Positions 62,101 to 64,000 of a stretch of DNA of 64,000 bases are shown in pieces. Origin of the DNA: Octopus bimaculoides (taxonomy: Eukaryota); assembly GCF_001194135.2 (NCBI RefSeq), contig NC_068985.1, positions 17,602,703 to 17,666,702 on the forward strand. Reading direction: 5' to 3'. Both the position numbers and the translations under genes were made by a program. Positions within the stretch are counted from its first letter, which is position 1, and the number at the start of each line of letters is the position of its first letter. The notes below the pieces were generated by a model. The model was not told the origin of the DNA, did no database searches, and was given only the letters and a program-made list of their open reading frames with translations.

Positions 62101-62327
62101 AAACCATTTTCTTGTAATTGTAAAATGCCACCTTAAACTGTTATTTCTTTGAAGCAAACAATTTGTTTACAGCTAGAATTTATACATTTATTTAGTTCAT
62201 CGATTTGTGCATCCTCCTTGGCTGTGACTATTGTGATTCGATTCGTGGTATCGGTCCAAAACGTGCTGTGGAGCTTATCAAACAACATAAAAGCATTGAA
62301 ACTGTTCTTGACAATTTAGATAAAAAG
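48585..62327 (+). CDS. FEN1: Flap endonuclease 1, multi-exon gene span (3' part outside the window)
   Basis: 8 GT-AG exons, 798 nt = 266 codons in phase. [10 protein letters not shown] start; acidic active-site motifs VDAS (D34), VFDGK (D86), GEAEAQC, TEDMD and GCDYC, plus the H2TH motif IRGIGPKRA. Confidence 0.97.
48953..49024. repeat. Perfect 3 x 24-bp tandem repeat
   Basis: (tgtaaaccaaagatttgaagaatg)3. Confidence 0.95.
50912..51340 (-). mobile_element. (GAT)n-tailed SINE family B with tandem hairpin modules
   Basis: tttaacgtccgctttccatgctagcatgggttggacgatttgact...gcccttcctaacgccaaccact followed by about 62-bp modules. Copies at about 12635-12920, 28370-28510, 38415-38752, 44820-46060, 51830-52235, 59160-60010 and 60910-61128, plus many older 3' fragments. 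Confidence 0.85.
52340..52920 (+). mobile_element. Decayed RTE-like LINE 3' region
   Basis: [36 protein letters not shown] (RT C-terminal YLG motif), with frameshifts. Confidence 0.8.
54035..54137 (+). CDS. FEN1: FEN1 exon 2
   Basis: (G)[33 protein letters not shown](S); 103 nt. Confidence 0.97.
54872..54974 (+). CDS. FEN1: FEN1 exon 3
   Basis: (S)[34 protein letters not shown]; 103 nt. Confidence 0.97.
55790..55853 (+). CDS. FEN1: FEN1 exon 4
   Basis: [21 protein letters not shown]+1 nt|gtaaga; 64 nt. Confidence 0.95.
56599..56708 (+). CDS. FEN1: FEN1 exon 5
   Basis: (G)[36 protein letters not shown]; 110 nt. Confidence 0.97.
58178..58314 (+). CDS. FEN1: FEN1 exon 6
   Basis: [45 protein letters not shown](R); 137 nt. 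Confidence 0.97.
59401..60012. repeat. 62-bp minisatellite expanded from the SINE B module (interrupted by gap 59495-59646)
   Basis: Unit starts (catgtgtc) at 59401, 59463, 59693, 59755, 59817, 59879, 59941 and 60003; exact 62-bp spacing on each side of the gap. Confidence 0.93.
60795..61272. mobile_element. hAT-type MITE (same family as 29951-30186) with a nested SINE at about 60910-61128
   Basis: CAGTGGTTCTCAACT start, degenerate AGTTGAAAACTGCTA end, similar 8-bp flanks atttagaa / atttaaag, internal sequence shared with the 29951 copy. Confidence 0.8.
61465..61531 (+). CDS. FEN1: FEN1 exon 7
   Basis: (R)[22 protein letters not shown]|gtaagt; 67 nt. Confidence 0.95.
62196..62327 (+). CDS. 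FEN1: FEN1 exon 8
   Basis: [44 protein letters not shown]|gtaagg; 132 nt. Confidence 0.97.
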
Positions 62328-62945
62328 GTAAGGTGAACAATGTTTCATTAAATTTTATTTTAATATATACAGATGGGTAAAATAGCACAAACGGAATAAG
62401 GAAAATAAGAATTGGACAGTTGGACAATAGGAAATGTTGCAATAGGTAGACAAAAGGTGGTGGAGAAAACATAAACCCCAAACAATTAGCATAAAATGTT
62501 GTGTACAGTGAACTCATCATCATTTAATGTCCATTTTCCATGCTGGCATAGGTTGGACAGTTTGACAGGAGTTGGTAAGCTGGAGATCTGCCCAAGCTCC
62601 AATTTTCTGTTTTGGCATGGTTTCTATGGCTTCATGTCCTTCCTGACACCAATCACTTTACTAGTGTATTGGATGCTTTTTATGTGTACCAGTACAGGTG
62701 CTTTACACATAGCCATGGCGTGGGTGCTTTATGCTTAGCACCAGCATGGGTTCTTTGCATGTGGCACCAGCACAAGTGTTTTACATATGGCACCAGCACA
62801 GGTGCTCTATACAGGTACTTTTGTATGTGGAACTGGTACAGATAATTTTTATGTGGCACAGAAAAGAAGTAGACTGACATTTCAGATGAACTTCTTATTG
62901 AAGTATAGTAAGAAAAGAAGACATACATATTTATATATATATATA

Positions 62946-63340
62946 GGTGCAGCATTGCTGTGTGGTGAGAAGCTTATTTCCCAACCACTTGATTCCAGGT
63001 TCAGTCCCACTGTGTGGCACCTTGGTTAAGTGTCCTCTACTATAGCCTCAGGCCGACCAAAACCTTGTGAGTGGATTTGGTAGACAGAAACTGAAAGAAG
63101 CCTTTCGTGTGTATATATACATATATATATAGAGAGAGGGAGAGTGTGTCTGTGTTTGTGCCCCCCACCATTGTTTGACAACCGATGTTGGTGTGTTTAC
63201 ATCCCCAAAACTTAGCAGTTCAGCGAAAGAGACCAATAGAATAAGTACTAGGCTTACAAAGAATAAATCTTGGTGTTGATTTGTTTGACTAAAAGTGGTG
63301 CTCTAGCATGGCCACAGTCAAATGACTGAAACAAATAAAA
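62946..63340 (+). mobile_element. SINE family A copy
   Basis: Head ..TGCTGTGTGGTGAGAAGCTT..CAGGTTCAGTCCCAC; body and tail match the other copies. Confidence 0.85.
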
Positions 63341-63641
63341 AAATAGAGAGAGAGAGAAAGAGAGATATCGTATTTAAAGCATATTTCACATTACATTATA
63401 TTTTAGGTTATCATATTCAATCCTATACAATAAAATTTACAAAAACTATAATGCTATTTTTTCTATCTAATAGTGTTACCATTAAAGTTGTTATATAACT
63501 GAAATAATTAACTTCTTAACCTTTTAGCATTCAGATTACTCAGTCAATGGTAATGATTATTTGTTCACATTGGTTTGAATTAATCATGTATTATTTCATA
63601 GCTTCAGGATTTCAGTGATGTGGTAGCTTAAAAGATTTGCC

Positions 63642-64000
63642 AATGTTCTGCGCCGTGAGGACCAAAGACTCGAGGTATTTTGTGTTGCAAGACAGTGTAG
63701 GAGAGAGAATAGTGATGTTGTAGGAGAGAAATGTGTTCGCATGGATGATGGTACGCTTGCACTAAATGAGGATGCAAAGAAAGAGGTCTGGAGATGCCAC
63801 TACGATAGATTGCTTAATAAAGAGAATGAATGGGAGGAAGAGAGCCTGCCGTATGTCGACCCAATAGAGGGACCAGCTATCTGAGTTGATAGTACCAGGG
63901 TAGATAAAGCAATTAAGAGTATGAAGACCGGGAAAGCCCCCGGCCCATCAGGAATCACTGCAGAGATGCTCAAAATATCTGGCAGTGTTGGCTATAGCCT
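63642..64000 (+). mobile_element. RTE-like LINE ORF2 fragment (continues past the window)
   Basis: Reads ...AKKEVWRCHYDRLLNKENEW...VDKAIKSMKTGKAPGPSGITAEMLKISG with one in-frame TGA; typical of the segment just upstream of the RT domain. Confidence 0.85.

Overview
Eukaryotic, AT-rich, intron- and repeat-dense DNA with five N-gaps. The SINE, microsatellite and intron content suggests an octopus/coleoid cephalopod (inference). Two housekeeping genes sit head-to-head with only 420 bp between their start codons. DDX27 (DEAD-box helicase, minus strand, 48164 to 18392) has 19 coding exons that I could reconstruct with consistent splice phases; one more phase 1-to-2 exon is missing and probably lies in the 19297-19725 gap. 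FEN1 (plus strand, from 48585) has 8 coding exons in the window and runs off the right edge. The rest is mobile-element material: several tRNA-derived or (GAT)n-tailed SINE families, hAT and mariner MITEs, a Tc1-like fossil, and RTE- and CR1/L2-like LINE fragments. The most notable observations are: (1) a fold-back tRNA-like head linked to a degenerate minimal hammerhead-ribozyme motif; (2) a SINE module with a conserved GCCAGT-N8-ACTGGC stem and variable loop that expands into a 62-bp array with alternating variants; (3) DD36E catalytic spacing in the Tc1 fossil; (4) a DDX27 stop codon 11 nt before a strong splice donor; (5) several intronic fold-backs and inverted SINE pairs that could be ADAR substrates. 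No prokaryote-type system such as CRISPR is supported.
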